A DNA stretch of 11,433 nt, taken from the IMG/VR virus record IMGVR_UViG_2695420421_000008; one strand, written 5' to 3'. Below the pieces are notes generated by a model. It was not told the origin of the DNA. It did not search any database and saw only the letters and a program-made list of their open reading frames with translations. This DNA comes from a virus. Taxonomy: Duplodnaviria > Heunggongvirae > Uroviricota > Caudoviricetes. Numbering within the stretch: position 1 is the stretch's first letter; the number at the start of each line of letters is the position of its first letter. The translations under genes and the position numbers were made by a program. Below are positions 9,983 to 11,433 of the stretch, piece after piece.

Positions 9983-10027
9983 TATGCAAGCCTCACAATA
10001 TAGTTAAATGCGATGTTTTTGACGGTG
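9574..10027. repeat. Right arm of the 454-bp inverted repeat (inverted tfa codons 1-136 + inverted stf last 14 codons)
   Basis: Same as the left arm. Identity ends at 8935/10028 on the outside and 9390/9573 on the inside. Confidence 0.9.
9983..10027 (-). pseudogene. Orphan 3' end of a stf-like gene (last 14 codons, ...[14 protein letters not shown]) on the minus strand, upstream of the minus-strand tfa
   Basis: Part of the inverted-repeat right arm. No further stf coding sequence follows on the minus strand, because the sequence switches to J homology at 10018..10028. Confidence 0.6.
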
Positions 10028-11433
10028 ACCAGAGCGGCACGGTGAATGGTGTCACGCCGCCAGCAGTGCAGCATCTGACCGCCGAAGTCACTGCAGACAG
10101 CGGGGAATATCAGGTGCTGGCGCGATGGGACACGCCGAAGGTGGTGAAGGGCGTGAGCTTCCTGCTCCGTCTGACCGTAACAGCGGATGACGGCAGTGAG
10201 CGGCTGGTCAGCACGGCCCGGACGACGGAAACCACTTACCGCTTCACACAACTGGCGCTGGGGAACTACAGGCTGACAGTCCGGGCAGTAAATGCGTGGG
10301 GGCAGCAGGGCGATCCGGCGTCGGTATCGTTCCGGATTGCCGCACCGGCAGCGCTGTCGCGGATTGAGCTGACGCCGGGCTATTTTCAGATAACCGCCAC
10401 GCCGCATCTTGCGGTTTATGATCCGACGGTACAGTTTGAGTTCTGGTTCTCGGAAAAGCGGATTGCGGATATCAGGCAGGTTGAAACCACAGCCCGCTAT
10501 CTTGGCACGGCGCTGTACTGGATAGCCGCCAGTATCAATATCAAACCGGGCCATGATTATTACTTTTATATCCGCAGTGTGAACACCGTTGGCAAATCGG
10601 CATTCGTGGAGGCTGTTGGTCAGCCGAGTGATGATGCATCCGGTTATCTGGATTTTTTCAAAGGCGAGATAGGGAAAACCCATCTGGCTCAGGAGCTGTG
10701 GACGCAGATTGATAACGGTCAGCTTGCGCCTGACCTGGCTGAAATCAGGACGTCCATTACGGATGTCAGCAATGAAATCACGCAGACCGTCAATAAGAAA
10801 CTGGAAGACCAGAGTGCGGCAATTCAGCAGATACAGAAGGTTCAGGTTGATACAAATAATAACCTGAACAGCATGTGGGCTGTGAAGCTGCAGCAGATGC
10901 AGGACGGACGCCTTTATATCGCGGGTATTGGTGCCGGTATTGAGAACACCCCTGACGGCATGCAGAGTCAGGTGCTGCTGGCGGCGGACAGGATTGCGAT
11001 GGTTAATCCTGCGAATGGCAACACAAAACCGATGTTTGTTGGTCAGGGCGATCAGATATTCATGAACGACGTGTTCCTGAAACGCCTGACGGCCCCCACC
11101 ATTACCAGCGGTGGAAATCCATCGGCATTTTCCCTGACTCCGGACGGAAAGCTGACCGCTAAAAATGCGGATATCAGTGGCAGTGTGAATGCGAACGCCG
11201 GGACGCTCAACAATGTCACGGTAAATGAAAACTGTACGATTAAGGGCATGCTGGAGGCGACTCAGGTCAGAGGTGACTTCGTTAAAGCTGTATCCAAATC
11301 ATTTCCGAAACAGGCTGGTACGTGGGGTAACACGGAAACACCAAACGGGACGGTTACAGTCACCATAAGCGATGATCATAACTTTGACCGCCAGATTATT
11401 ATTCCGCCCATTATTTTTAACGGTATAGCGTAT
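10018..11433 (+). pseudogene. 5'-truncated second copy of host specificity protein J (homologous to J codons ~605 onward), running off the 3' end of the window
   Basis: In-frame homology to J 3706..5041. Roughly 85-93% nt identity in the flanking blocks on spot checks (10018-10650 vs 3706-4340; 11060-11433 vs 4665-5041). A divergent central cassette is about 400 nt here versus about 310 nt in J. It lacks the first ~604 codons of J. The only in-frame ATG upstream is at 9976, inside the repeat, with no obvious RBS. Confidence 0.6.

Noticed and set aside
8936-10027. Site-specific invertase shufflon (Gin/Pin/Cin/Hin type) or diversity-generating retroelement as the explanation for the duplicated fibre and chaperone sequences
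   Set aside because: No serine-invertase or reverse-transcriptase ORF is in the window, and the repeats are 454 bp and perfect rather than short crossover sites or a mutagenised template/variable repeat pair. Recombination-mediated rearrangement fits better, though an invertase outside the window cannot be excluded.
9982-10683. 233-aa minus-strand ORF ending in ...[11 protein letters not shown]
   Set aside because: Only the last 14 codons (the inverted stf end within the repeat arm) are real coding sequence. The rest is antisense to the J copy and is stop-free by chance.
1-11433. CRISPR arrays, tRNA/rRNA genes, integrase or att sites, toxin-antitoxin or other defence loci
   Set aside because: No short direct repeat-spacer arrays, no tRNA-like structures and no recombinase-like ORFs were seen. 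Every sizeable ORF is accounted for by tail genes or their antisense artefacts.

Overview
This window is the distal tail-morphogenesis module of a lambda-like (lambdoid) phage or prophage, most likely from an enterobacterial host, all on the + strand: L (3' part), K, I, J, lom, stf, tfa. Gene order, overlaps and protein sequences match the lambda L-K-I-J-lom-stf-tfa arrangement as I recall it. The right-hand 2.5 kb is rearranged. A 454-bp inverted repeat (8936..9389 vs 9574..10027) flanks a 184-bp core and creates two convergent tfa copies, a truncated one after stf on + and a full-length one on -. The right arm is fused, through a 10-bp microhomology, to a 5'-truncated, diverged second copy of the J 3' region (10018..11433) that runs off the window. 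I see no CRISPR array, tRNA, integrase, invertase, reverse transcriptase or recognisable defence system. The most unusual content is this inverted-duplication and J-duplication architecture, which could be a recombinational tfa switch, a scar between two lambdoid prophages, or an assembly chimera. All calls rest on reading the sequence and recalled protein families; no database search was run.
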